A DNA stretch of 64,000 bases, the filler included, from Sphacelaria rigidula (lineage: Eukaryota): assembly GCA_964200075.2 (NCBI GenBank). It is 7 parts of 7 records of this genome, joined end to end, with 100 filler letters (N's around TTAATTAATTAA, not from the genome) between each part and the next. Parts side by side here need not be neighbours in the genome. Positions count along the whole stretch, not along the records: positions 18,324 to 27,384 come from CAXNAA020009403.1; positions 27,485 to 36,545 come from CAXNAA020009404.1; positions 36,646 to 45,706 come from CAXNAA020009405.1; 4 more parts are not named here. One strand, given 5' to 3'. Shown here in pieces: positions 25,774 to 38,453 of this stretch. The position numbers and the translations under genes are program-made. Within the stretch, counting starts at the first letter, position 1. Each line of letters opens with the position of its first letter. The notes beneath the pieces are model-generated. The model saw only the letters and a program-made list of their open reading frames with translations. It had not been told where the DNA came from and ran no database searches.

Positions 25774-28140
25774 AAGCTCAAAAACGGACGGCGCTTATTG
25801 GGTTGCTATATGCAGAGTGCGTTGAGGGTTGGTGCGTTCATGTTTGTGTGTGTTTAGTTTCACGTATTTTTTCATGTGCTGTGTCCCTCGTTTGCGGGGC
25901 ATCGCTGAGGCTGATAGGTGTTTTGAATTTAGTGTAGGGTGAAACGTTTATATATATATATATATATATGCCGTATAGATTCAATTCTGCCAACTTGGCA
26001 ACGAAGGAGCTTACCATCGAGGTAAAACCTCGACTTCATCCCCATGCAAGTCTATTTTGTTCTGGGTCTTGATCAGAATTTCCTCGGGTTTTTTCGCTGT
26101 TTGGAATAAAGCACGGTGATATTTGCGCTCTGGCTCATGCTTTTTTGTCAAATTTCAATGTTGCGTGCACAAAGTACAAGTCCAACAAAGGTGTAGCATG
26201 TTCGTTCTTTTGAGAGCAGCCTCCAGTGCGAAGTAGGATGCTCGTTTTCGTATGTGCCATTTGGCGGTTACTGTGTTGCGTGTTTGTCACTCGGCGGTCG
26301 TTGCGTGACCGGCTGATGATATCTCCGAGAGTCGTGATTGCGTGAAAGTCGTGAATCCTTGAACATCACCTGGTGTCTACCATCGTGATTTTTTATCGGA
26401 AAATGGAACGGGAGCTTTTTTCGTTGTACGGGAGATGACGCGACTGGAGGGGCGTAAACTTACATGCCACTACATTCCGTCCCATCCTCGCTCGAGTCTC
26501 AAATAGCGTTCCACGAGACTGCCGTCCGACCGCGTGCCCTGGAGAACATGTTCGTAACCTTTTCTTGCAGTGGTAAGTTTTTACCCTTCCGACGCGCCCC
26601 CGGAAGGGAAAGTGGGGTTCAGCCATGTTCAAATTAAGTTGGAAGTCGTGTGTGACAGGGAGTTAGTTGTACAAGCGCGCACCTGACGTCCGATATTGTT
26701 TTTTCTACATCTATTTCAGCTTTTCATTGTTACACACTCTGGGCGTCGAAGGCAGGGGGGCGTACTCATTTGTTTCTTGCCTTAGTCGTGTGACCATTGA
26801 CCACGCATCCCTTTCGAGACAGAGCACGGAGGCGGGGGGGGAGGGGGGGGGCAGGGGGGTAGCCCTTTTCAAATCAAAGACGACATTTGATGGTGGGGAG
26901 TCGGTCGAACCAGCGCATACCCAACGCCTCGGTTTCTGTAAACCCGCCTTGGCACCTACTTTTCCTTCTTTATCTGCTTGCGTCAGCCTTGCATAAGTTT
27001 TTTTTATTGGCACTGCAAAGTGAAGATTGGTACATATTGAGAGAAGACGCAGGTCGTGTCCGGGTCACAATCTCCAAGTTGGCGTTGTCGGGGTGGTTCA
27101 GAGTGAATACCGTATTTCTCGGGCGGTGTTATTTGACCGCCGAAGTTCAAAACCACGCTCTCGGCTCGTAAACATTAACAGCGGATCCTGATGTTCAGGG
27201 TTGATCATCCAAATGAGGTTCAGGTGGCATATCTTCTTTGCAGGGATGACGTTAAAAAGTTACACAGAGCGAAACCATATTTCCGCCCAAAAGTCTGCAG
27301 CAGCTAAGCAGTTGTGGCTAGGTGCACCGAACGAATGCGGTGTACACGCGGGTCGATGACGATATCACCAGAGAGAGAAGCAACNNNNNNNNNNNNNNNN
27401 NNNNNNNNNNNNNNNNNNNNNNNNNNNNTTAATTAATTAANNNNNNNNNNNNNNNNNNNNNNNNNNNNNNNNNNNNNNNNNNNNTTGGTGGTTTGAGTGC
27501 AAGCCTGGGCCGGCGAAAACCCGGGGTGCTCCGTCCCGGCTTTGTAGGGATGCGAGGCCTATTGGTGTTATGACTACGACATGCATGATCGTGAGTACAC
27601 CCCCACCACCACCACCACCTTGTACATAAGCAAGTAGTAGTTACAAGTAGACTGAACCCTTCTGGGACCTGACCCGCCACAATGGTATGTCTGTGGCACT
27701 TATCCTCCGCACAATCGTGTGTTGGTGGTAGGTGTTCATTTGTGTTATTTTTCAAGTCATAATAATGCCAACTCACAAAAAGGCCACTGAAGCATCATTT
27801 TGAGTTAAAAACAACACGAATGGACACCTGCCGCTAACACACGATTGTGGGGTAAAAGGTCCCAAAAGGTTTCATTTGAAAAGGTTGATTTGAAGGCGTA
27901 TTTCACCTAAACATTATAAGCAGATCGAACCAGATCGAATGTCTCTTGTGCTAATCTGGTGTAAACACGATCCGGCGTGGCTTGGTGGACGACGCCTCGT
28001 TTACGCATGGCCGTATGAGGCGATCATAGTGTATGTGTGTCTTTTTCTGGTGAATTTTGTCACGGCACAGACAGATGCAGCACGTAGCTCTATCCCCAAT
28101 CAATGTGCCCTGAAGATTCCACACGTTGGACAATGACCAT

Positions 28141-28279
28141 ATATGGTCAATAGTTGCAATAGACAGGAAATGTATTGCTGAAAGTATAGGCCTATCGCGA
28201 CTATTGTCGGCCGACGGAAGCCGCAATAGGCCTATACTTTCAGCAATACATTTCTGTCTACTGCAACTATTGACCATAT
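28141..28279. repeat. ~140-bp near-perfect hairpin (small MITE or miRNA-like foldback)
   Basis: atatggtcaatagttgcaatagacaggaaatgtattgctgaaagtataggcctat... pairs with ...ataggcctatactttcagcaatacatttctgtctactgcaactattgaccatat. Confidence 0.9.
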
Positions 28280-28739
28280 GTCGTCGAAGGTGTGGAAGAT
28301 GCCAAGGAAAAGCCGTCGTGTTTCGGATAGAATTTTGTCAAATGCGCATGATTGTTGGAGCGTAGCGCCTTTTTTTCACAGAATACACGAAGTTGTACAT
28401 TTTTTAGACTGCAGCTGTACGAATGTATTTCCCTTGTGGGTTATGATAAGCAGTTGTCTATACATGTACGCGTCTCAGTATACTTTTTTATGTTTGAATT
28501 GTACTGTGTTCGTACGTGAAGCAAACTCTGAATGTCACGCCTCCCCTCCTGAGGGTCGGCGTCGGTTGGCAGCGATGCTGTAAAGAATACACCCCTCTTT
28601 GGGCAAGCTGGGCGACTACGTCACAGCTTTTTTATCGCCTGCTGTTTTTTTGCGGTAACCGTGATGGTGGTCGAGCTAGATCGTTTTGTTGGCGGTGGAG
28701 AATCCGAACTATGCGCAAATGAATGATCGTACTACGTAG

Positions 28740-29030
28740 TTCTCATTTGGTGAGACACCCATGAGGCAGTGTGTAACCCGTGGCTATCTCCGGAAGCGGC
28801 GATGCCATAAAATGAAGCAACTCATTGTAGGTTTTCGTCTACATTTTCAAGATGATCAGTACGCTTCGGGCCGAACAATCTCAGCAGGATGCAGCTTAAC
28901 CTTCATGTGGCTCGTCGAACACATTACAGCGCTTCGCGCTTGGCGATTGATTGCAAGCCTGGTCCGGCGAAAACCCGGCGCGCTCCGTCCCGACTTTTTA
29001 GGGATGCGAGGTCAATGGTCTTTCAGGCTA
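28740..29030 (+). repeat. Abundant dispersed repeat family (copies ~27485-27600, 35905-36190, 38281-38385, 45213-45490, 45807-45970; tail at ~30405-30430; reverse copy ~54800-54866)
   Basis: Shared core aagcaactcattgtagg...gcaggatgcagct...gcgcttcgcgcttgg...tggtccggcgaaaacccggcgtgctccgtccc..tttgtagggatgcgagg...atgactac...gagtacaccccc. Confidence 0.9.
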
Positions 29031-29065
29031 TAGTTGGGGGTGAACGTCCAAAGCTTACTCCCTAA

Positions 29066-29345
29066 AAATCCTTCACGCCGTTTTTTCGAGTTACAGTAGA
29101 CCTTGAAATTTTGCACACAGGTGCTCTGGTATATTTAGAAAAGCTGTAGTGATGGGGTTTTGCGTTTGTTTTTTTCGCCAGATGCCCGGGGTCCCTGGAA
29201 ATGGTGTCTGGCACCGCATCCTTGGACCCCGGATATCTGGCGGAAACACAAACAAACGAAAGACCCCACCACTACAGCCTTTCTAAATATCTTAGAATAT
29301 GAGCAAAATTTCAGAGTCTAATTGAAAAAACGGCGTGAAGGATTT
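29066..29345. mobile_element. ~280-bp foldback/MITE-like inverted repeat
   Basis: aaatccttcacgccgttttttc...atatttagaaaagctgtagtg pairs with cactacagcctttctaaatat...gaaaaaacggcgtgaaggattt. Confidence 0.8.
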
Positions 29346-29985
29346 CCCTCATGTGCGCTGAAGTATGCTAGTACGAGCTGAATCCCACCAATTACTTGGT
29401 CATACTATACTGCATACGTTTTACTCGTGCGCTTGAGCTTAAATCGACCATTTGGGATCAGCTTTTCGAGTTACGCAACGAAACTTTGTACAAAATTTGT
29501 CCTGTACTACCTCGGGACGACTCGAATTTGAGTTCTTAATTTTGAAGCAATCTGCATCGGCTTTTGGGAGGTCCTCACGGTGGGACCCCCCGAAGCCGGT
29601 AGAGAGCCGTTAAACTTTGAAATATTCTTCAACCTGTTCTCTTTTTTTTTCTACTATAGCACCTATATCTACCAACATGATGATCGGGGTTTTTCTACGT
29701 CACGAGGAAAAACATCAAGAGACTTTCTGGGTCTTCGATGCATATCATCAGTGGAAATCCGACGACGCCAAAACTCTACATCACTGGGATACTCCGTTTT
29801 GGGGTATAACTCGACCCCACACAAACCATTTTCAAATCTGTTTTTTGCGTTGGATTCTATCGCTGTTGGCGGTTACTAAGGGATGATTCGCGATGATATT
29901 GGGTAGAAATTGTGTCGGGAACTCGCATTTGGTATTTCAGAACGATTTGAAGCCCCTGATTGGCCGAGAAACATTATCACTACTA

Positions 29986-30242
29986 GACACTTTCTACGAT
30001 AGCCTTCCCCCCAAAAACGTGCGTGGTCTGGGGAGGCAAAACTTTCACGTAGATCGAAATGACAAAAGCCGAGCACAACGAGCAGCTGGGAATTCCAGCG
30101 CTTGGGTTTGTTCTCACCAATGTCGCCCATATGAGGCGCTTCATGCAGCCTTAACCCAAACATCAGGCCCTGTATGACCATTATTTTCGTGACACTTTTA
30201 GGCTGGTTGTTTGGGGGGGGCGGGGCTATCGTAGAAAGTGTC
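29986..30242. mobile_element. Second copy of the GACACTTTCTACGATA MITE (opposite orientation)
   Basis: acta|gacactttctacgatagcc...ggctatcgtagaaagtgtc|acca. The interior is the reverse complement of 6891-7151; the 4-bp TSD has one mismatch. Confidence 0.9.
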
Positions 30243-30505
30243 ACCAGCGCCACGGTAAAGGACGCAAGGAAAAATCTGGCCATGTCACACTGTTCGTTTG
30301 TTCGTGGGGGGTCACTATGATACCAAATATGTTTCTATCGGGTCAGTTTTGCGTTTTGTATCTAGCGGGGGATAAATATTCGGCAATCACCCTGAACCAC
30401 CATGTAGGACTATGGCATGCAAAATCATGAGTACACCCCCCGCCCCCCGCCCCCCGCCCCCCGATCATAACCCCCCGCTCCCACGTTAACGTGCTCTGTA
30501 TCAAG

Positions 30506-32627
30506 GTGCGTTGGCCATGCAGAAGAGGCTGCGGCCTTGGTGAAGGCCATGGCGGACAAGGGCAGAGGGCACGGACCGGACTTCTTCACTGTTGACGTCA
30601 GTCGGAGCCTACTGCTTGTCACATGCAGCACGGTGGTCGTTGACAAGTAGGAGTACCGTAGGTTATTTTCTTGCAACATACTCCCGCCGCGTGTTCACGT
30701 CGGGTTTCTTTTCTGTTATTTCGCCGCCTTTCTGCAACACACTTGATGTACTGTGCATCTTAAGGTCAGCTGTAGCATGCATTCGGTGACGATGAAGGCC
30801 TCTCCGGTAACGTCGAAAAGCTGAGGATCATAAATCTGCTACAGGCAGTTACATGGTGAACAGTGGTGGACATCACCCGACGCCACAGCGATGTGCTTCC
30901 TGTCGTTATTTTTGGTTCATGTTATATCCGATTCATCCCCATCGTTAATTTGCGCTGTATTGTGCTGCATGCGTCTCAACGCTGGGCGAGAAAACTGGTC
31001 GGAGGATGCTTCGGGACCTCCGACAGACGGTTAAAATGGTCAACAGAGAGACATGACTTGACGCCAGATCATTGCTCTTGATTGAGGGTATTTCGTACCC
31101 ATGCGATGCAGCCTCACGACGCAAACTTTCGGCGGGGAAACCCCTCCCGTTAGTTCACGCTGCAGCTCATGACGTGGGTCTTGCTTTTCTGCAAAAAAAT
31201 GACGACAATCCGTACTTTGTGATGAAAAATCCGACTCGTGACTGAGAAACTCGGGGGAGGAGAGCTGGTTGTAGGCCGGTTCTGCTTGTACCCGTGTGGC
31301 CATTTTTTTTTTTTTTTTGTATGAGTCACGAGTTTCGGGGAGAAAACGAGTAGTTCGCAGCCGTCGGCTGCCGAAACATCAGAGTCCGTAGTGACTACGG
31401 TAGCTCTTCGATATCATGTTTCTATGTTTGAGAGACACACGGAATACTATTTGGTTCCCGTTTGAAACTGCAGAACATGGATCAGAAATGCAAGGTAGCC
31501 TGCAAGCATTGTCTTCTCCGGGTGTATTGAGAAATTGACTCACCTTGTTCTAGTCGATGATGAAACCTTGCGTGTGTTTTGTGTTGTACAGATCACCTCG
31601 TTGTACACGGATAATACTTTGGTGGTGCTTTTGTATTTTCCTCCCTTCTTTTGGTTCCGTCTTTACTCTCTGGCAGTGTGCGCACCGACTTCGTTGAAGG
31701 AGTTTCGATATTTATTTGGCGGGATACCAACCGCTCTTATTGGTTACTCGTAGCGACCACCGGAGTATCGTAATTCTGCTTCTGTTCTGTCCCCCCTGTG
31801 TGGGGATTATGATTATCGTGTTTTAGGCTGGTGACTCTTCCGTTGTTGACGTAGGCGTTTTCGTTCACACTTTTTTTTTCACCAGTGATCCTTGTTTTTC
31901 GTTTCCGCTTGGAAAATGACCAAAAACACAGGGTGCGGAGGGTGGGACGGGAGCCGCGCCCCCAGAATTCTCCAACTCTGTAGGAACTCCCCTCACGGAA
32001 GGGGTGGCCCTCATCGATGATCTGCTAACGGGAGCGGGACTGAGAGAGCATGTGAAGATTATCTGCAGTGGCAAGGCGAGTGCAAGCACTGGCTTTACCA
32101 GTGGTGGTGATGCTAATAGTAGTAGTGGTAAGAGTAGTAGTATGAGAAGTAGTACTAGTACTAGTAGTAGTAGACAGTAGCGAGGAAACGATCGCTATAC
32201 TAGGAGGCGAATGGTGACCACAGAAGGCGAAACAGGAAGGGGATAAGATATGTAGAAGTGTTTCTTGTATTGTCTGGAAGAAACGTGATGAGCGCTCAAA
32301 TGTCGGGGGTGTCTCCATTAGGACTAGAAACGGTGCTCCGTCTCCAAAGAGATGCGTGGTCAATGGTCAAATGACCCAAGACAAGCAACAAAGGAGTACG
32401 CCCTCCCTTCCCCCTTTTCTTCACTCACCAAACCCGTTTATTGAAGCCCCAAATCGCAATCTAATCGCCGCGAATGCCTTATCCCATTTGTGATTTTTTT
32501 TCGTGTGTGTGGTTTCTGTGATGGCCGTTAGATAATTTCTGGGTTTTCGATGGTGAGGAATCTCGCGCTTGGCGCAGATCTTTGCAATTCCGCGAGGGGG
32601 ATGATGTTCGCCCTGGGCTGTGTACAA
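30506..32627 (+). CDS. FMN-binding glutamate synthase family protein, internal exons 30506-30596, 31932-32075, 32532-32627
   Basis: Spliced translation: CVGHAEEAAALVKAMADKGRGHGPDFFTVD|GAEGGTGAAPPEFSNSVGTPLTEGVALIDDLLTGAGLREHVKIICSGK|IISGFSMVRNLALGADLCNSARGMMFALGCVQ. DGxEGGTGAAP and ALGAD...ALGC are glutamate synthase FMN-domain motifs. Phases fit exactly; the second donor is GC (AAG|gcgagt). Flanking exons were not found in this contig. Confidence 0.9.
32101..32180. repeat. Imperfect (TAG/GTA)n microsatellite in intron
   Basis: agtagtagtagtggtaagagtagtagtatgagaagtagtactagtactagtagtagtag. Confidence 0.8.
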
Positions 32628-33568
32628 GTGAGTTACTATTATTTATCGGTTGTGTGGACAACAGTGTTGAGGAAATATATCCCGTGTTGATATCTTGAAA
32701 TAGCCGTAAAGCTTGATCCGAATAAGAAAGACTGAAAAAAACTATATATATATATATATATATATATGTAGGGAGAGGAGGTGATGTGTAAGCGATCCGT
32801 TACCACTACATATATGTCACATATACCCGTACAAGGAATAAGGAGTGCACCATAGAGTCCGCTTTCGATTTATTCCCTTTGTGTGTTTTTTCGTCAAAGC
32901 TCGCTTCTAGGCGCGTGTCGCTGTCCGATGTTCGGCACGCCTTGTCATTGGGAAGCAGGTGCTCAGCCGCAGAAATTGGCAGAGTCTTGGACTTATATAC
33001 TCTCCGCTTCGAAAAAAAGCACTCGATAGGACATCTGCCAATCACGAAGCGCCGACTTCGCTGTCGACCCAAATCCGCTGAAGTTATCGGAAATACTTGT
33101 CCGTTTGTTTTCGCGATCATTTTTTTAGTCTGAACAAAAAACATCCTGGTGTGTGATCATATACAAGCAGAATGAACGTTGTCCCTGGTTGATTGCGAGC
33201 GTATTGCTGCTTTTATTACTGCGAGTGCTAGTATAAAAAAAGGTCATGGTTCGTCTATTAAAAGTCGTATTGTGAAATTTTGAATTCCTTCCCCCGCTTG
33301 CTCTGAAATCATGTACGGTAAGATTCCCCTCGTTCTCCAACCTGTTGTTTTTCTGTGTTGTCCGTTATGTTTTGCATTCGTGTCACCTTGTATTTCGTAA
33401 TTGAGCCTGTGTTATATCTATATTTCTATATATGTTTGAAGCACCACTTTCGCCGACTCCCACATACAAAGCACATTTTTGTCGGAAGTTACGTGTCCGT
33501 CTCATCGCCTTGGTTTGCTTATTTTATCGCGCGGCGACACTACGATATATGTACATGGCACATATTTC

Positions 33569-35432
33569 CAAGGTTTTGTTCTGTAAGGTACGGGTACGTT
33601 CTGCGGGGTATGAGATTCCTTACAGAACTTACAGAACTGTCGGGTACCGGTATGAAACTCTTACAGAAATTACAGAACTTGTCGGGTACGGTACGGGAGG
33701 CTTACACGAAACCGGTACCGGCAAACGGGTAACTCTTTTAGAGTATACCTGCCCCTTGGGTTAGGGTAAAGTTTTTGTACAGAACTCACAGAACTGTTGG
33801 GTAAGGGTATGGGAGGCTTAAAGAACTCACAGAAACTGTCGGGTAGGGTGTGGAAGTTGCCCGTAAAACCGTGCCTGCAACCGGGTATATTATCAAGAGC
33901 ATACCCGTGCCCGCCGGTAACGGTATGGGAGACTTACAGAAGTCACAGAACTACCGGGTACGGGCATGAAGATCTTACAGAGATTACATAACTGTCGGGT
34001 ACCGGTATGGAAATCTTACAGAGTTTACAGAGTTTACAGAGTTTACAGAGCTGTCGGGTACGGTAAACATCCGGCAAAATACCCCGGGTATACAGAAACC
34101 GTTCCCTACAAAACACGACCTTGGTATTACCATCACCCTTGTGGTGGAACCTACGTCACTGCAACAATGGCGAAAAACAGATAACAAATGACAGCTCATG
34201 AAAACTCTGAACGGCTTCACGGGGTTGATAAAGACTACACGAACAATCGCAGTAGTACATGTGCACGGGATCGTCTTTATCTGTCGGCTTCACGTACACT
34301 GCTAAAGAGTACATGGAGGAGCATTCACGACTGCCCGTCCTCTGGATTCCCTTCGGCACGCGACAAAATTGTCCACGGCCTTGACGACCTTCGGTGGCAC
34401 CTCATACTCCGTGCTGTACGTGTCGATAATGGCCTGGGGTTTGATGACCACGACACAACCACCATCAACGTCGATAACGTGCGTCTTGCTACTCGATCCT
34501 CTGGTGGCGCAGATAATCCGCCCCCGCTCGAACCACCACTCGAGTCTGGGGGTGATCCATCCTGACAGTCTGCAGGGCTGCTCATGTTTTGTGTTTCCAC
34601 TCAGCGGTACCTTGTATACCGTCAGATCCTCAACTAAAGAACTTTTCAACATCGAATTATTGTTGATGTGCAGTTTTGAATGAAGGAGTTGGGTGGGTTG
34701 ATCGATGAGAGGTACATGCTCAGTCCATGAGGTTCTGTTTGGATTGAACCTAATCCGTACCTCCCCAAGGCATATACCTGTGCTCATACCTGCAATCGGG
34801 TATATTTATAATGGTATACCCTGACCCCGGGTGGGGGTATGGGAGGCTCACATGGCTCACAGAACTGTCGGGTACCGGTACTGGATGAATGTCTATATCT
34901 ATAATGAAATACCCCAACCCCGGGTAGGGGTATGGGAGACTTACATAGCCCACAGAACTGTCGGGTACCGGTACTAGATGAATGTCTTACAGAGCTCATA
35001 GAATTCGTCGGATACAGTATGAGAGGCTTACAGAAAACTGGTACCGCTAATCGGGTATTTCTTCAAAAGCATACTCGCGCTCCGGGTACAGGTAAACATT
35101 CTGTACAGAACTCACAAAACCGTCGGGTAAGGGTATGGAAGGCTTACAGAACTCACAGAAACTGTCGGATAAGGGTATGGAGGTTGCACAGAAAACCGTA
35201 CCAGCAATCAGGTAGCTTATCAAGGGCGTACCCGCGCCCCCCGGTAACGGTACGGGAGTGTTACGGAGATTACAGAACTATCGGGTAAGGGCATGAAAGT
35301 CTTGCGGAGACTACAGAACTGTTGGGTACCGGTATGAAAGTCTTACAGAAGTCACAGAACTGTCGGGTACGGTAAATACCCGGCGAAATACCCGGGTATA
35401 CAGAAAACCGTACCCTACAGAACACAACCTTG
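33569..35432. mobile_element. hAT-like non-autonomous composite element: two repeat-rich units enclosing ~640 bp of unique DNA
   Basis: 25-bp TIR caaggttttgttctgtaaggtacgg / ccgtaccctacagaacacaaccttg (23/25 match). 8-bp flanks catatttc (33561-68) and catatctc (35433-40). A second right-TIR ends at 34123. Many acagaactgtcgggtac subterminal repeats. Confidence 0.75.
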
Positions 35433-36476
35433 CATATCTCACTGAAACATCGTGCTGAACATGAGACAAAATAATCCTGACCGATCCCAATTGCTACTTC
35501 ACCAGTAGTAATCGCAATCATCGACTGTTGTAGCTATTATAGCTACTTTCGTTACTCGTGTGAAATTCCTGCCATTCCGAAACGACAACGAACTCCAGAA
35601 TAAAACCATGTACAATTTCTATCTCGTCATTTTGTTTTTATTTCCTGTTTTTCGCCGATATCGGTTAGCGTTTTGAAAACACACTTCGAGTGGTTTCGAG
35701 GGATGCTGTGAGATGCACGCGATGACGCGACGATCTGTCTGATGTGGTCGAAAGCTATCATTGCAACTATCCGCCAACGTCCGTCTTGCGTTTCACGAGT
35801 ACGTAGTGCCCCTCACGGCGAATAGATGGACAACTCCGAACTTGTTTGCGAAAAACAATGAGAGTGATGACGCGATAGCCCCCTCCCCCTCAAACCAGCC
35901 CAACGGGGAGAAACCCATGAGGCAGAGTATAGCACGTGACTGTCTCTTGGAAGTGGCGATGCCAAAAAATAAAGCAACTCATTGTAGGCTGTCATCAATA
36001 TGCAAGACGATCAGCACGCTTTGGGCCGAGGAATCTTGGCAGGATGCAGCTCACCCTTCATGTGACTGGCCGAAGACATCACGGCGCTTCGCGCTTGGTG
36101 GTTGATTGCGAGTCTGGTCCGGCGAAATCCCGGGCTGCTCCGTCCCGACTTTTTTAGGGATGCGAGTTCATTGGCCATATGAGTACGGCATCACTCATAC
36201 TCGAGTTTTCAAAACCAGCACGCAGGAAAGATCTTTGCTTAACCCTTTTGAAACCCATCGACGTTTTTTGTTTTTGTGAATCGGCATAATTTTGACTTGA
36301 AAATGAATGAAAACGATGCCCGTTCACATGAACAAAAATCAGCAATGAGTTCCAAAAGGGTTAGAAGCCCGGACCATGGAGCAAAATTTGATTGGCTCAT
36401 TTTACGTTTGTTCTCAGCCTTGGAACGAGGGACTTCGACTGCTTCAGCTACATGGTGAACTATCTGGTATCTGAAT

Positions 36477-36512
<36 letters not shown>

Positions 36513-37561
36513 ACCGCCCACCCCCGCCCCCCCCCCCCCCCCACANNNNNNNNNNNNNNNNNNNNNNNNNNNNNNNNNNNNNNNNNNNNTTAATTAATTA
36601 ANNNNNNNNNNNNNNNNNNNNNNNNNNNNNNNNNNNNNNNNNNNNAACAATTTCATGCCACCTTTGTTCACGTCCCGCATTTCCCCCTCTAGCACGTCCC
36701 GCTCCTCCTTGTATAGTTCACATTCTGGGGGGGGGGGGTCCGGACCCGCTATAATAAGCTGTCGCCATGCACGTCAGTGCCCGTTTCATTGTGGGTACAG
36801 TACAGTACGATTCCAACGGCAAGTCGGGTGACGTATACCCGATATTTTAGTATTTTGAGAAAAGTTGCACATTACCTGTCTAAGTCAGTCATCATGACTT
36901 ACATAAGCTTTGTTGAAGGGAGGGGAACGACGGCTCTGGGCTGGGTGTTGCAGTGGGCACGGTGTCGGATCTCCACTTTTAATAATATTACATTATCGGG
37001 TATACTCTACCCCCATCGATCCTTGTACAATTCGGGCGGGAGGGGATCTCCATGAGCAGTGATTGTGCCATCACCGTATTCGTTTTTGGCTTGAACGAAG
37101 GCTCGACAAGCCGTGGCCTGAACGTGTGTGCTGGCAGATACAGCTGCCGGTGAAATGCGGTGTGATCCAGATCCCCCCAGGAAATCCGATTCGCTCGCTC
37201 GACCGTGGACGTAATACTGCTTAAATTGTCGTACTCTGGGAAAATAGAAGCTTGTATTCGTGTCTTTATTCAGCGCCCAGGGGCAATGAAATAGCCATTG
37301 TCGCATATAAATGTCGTACTCGAAATGTCCGGCGTAATGTCGGGTCGGATTCCTGGAATAAAATAAGCATTTTTGGCGCTATAAGTTAGCCCTGCTCGAA
37401 GTTTGCCGCGGCGGTCGTAGTGTTGTTCAGTTGAAAAAATCATGGAAGACATCTAGTTTCTCGAAAAAATTTAGTTTCGTGAAAACGCTTGGACGTAGAA
37501 GAAGGACTCTAGTTACCCATCCCAAGAGAATTTTAGGATGTTATTAGCACCTGCAACGTTA

Positions 37562-37864
37562 GTCATGGCTGTTCCTCATCCCGGCCGAGAGGCGCTGGAA
37601 CAACGAAAACCCTACGATGGAGGCATGCGTGCAGCCGAGCACTCATCGGCGTCTGAAAAGAGAACGCGTCATCTCTCGCATCCTGGCGATAGGCGCTTGA
37701 ACCACGGTAACCCTACGATGTATACATGAGCGCAGCCTAGGACCCATTGGTCTCTATGCTTTTCTTTTTCCGGAGACCAACGGATGCTCGGCTGCACGCC
37801 TGTACACATCAAAGGGTTATCGTTGTTTCAGCGCCTCTCGGTCAGGATGAGGAACATTCACGAC
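37562..37864. mobile_element. ~300-bp MITE with ~80-bp imperfect TIRs, flanked by TA
   Basis: ta|gtcatggctgttcctcatcccggccgagaggcgctggaacaacga... pairs with ...tcgttgtttcagcgcctctcggtcaggatgaggaacattcacgac|ta. Confidence 0.8.
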
Positions 37865-38453
37865 TAGCTAGTTGCAGGTGTTGCCATCCTTGAATTTTGT
37901 TCATGTGGGCGCCGACCCCGATATATACCAGCATGTGGTCCGCTGGTCCACTGCGAATAGTATCCATTGACGTCGCATCCCCACAAAGCCGGGACTGCCC
38001 GATCGATGCCGGGTGAGGGACCGGCCGGTAAAATGATACTCGGGAAGTTTACGCCTGCAGTACAGCATGAGCCATGCATTTCTTTAATCTCTGCGGTATA
38101 TCTCTTGTATTATTTTACCCTACAAGGCACCTCCGTTTGCGTTTCGACGGGTCTGTGGTCTGGAAGTTTTTGATGCGTACCGTCACGGGTGAAACTCTGC
38201 TTGCCCCCCCTCCCCCCCTCCCCTGTCCTACCGGTCTCCCACCGGTTTTCATCCTTTACCCGCTTACCACCCCTCCCTCATGGTCCGGCGAAAAACCCGG
38301 CGTGCTCCGTCGCAGCTTTGTAGGGATGCGAGGCCAATGGTCTCATGACTACGGCGTACAATATCATGAGTACACCCCCATTGCCCTCGCCCGTCCCCCC
38401 TCCTTCCCGCTCGCTCCCCGCTTTGTCCGTACGGCTCACGGCTCGTGTCTTAG

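Noticed and set aside
33600..35400. acagaactgtcgggtac repeats with variable spacing, superficially CRISPR-like
   Set aside because: The units are degenerate, the spacing is irregular and duplicated between halves, they are bounded by TIRs, no cas genes are present, and the context is eukaryotic.
38074..38453. N-terminus of the 1009-aa ORF as real protein
   Set aside because: It contains a dispersed-repeat copy and pyrimidine tracts ending in an acceptor; probably an intron that is open by chance.
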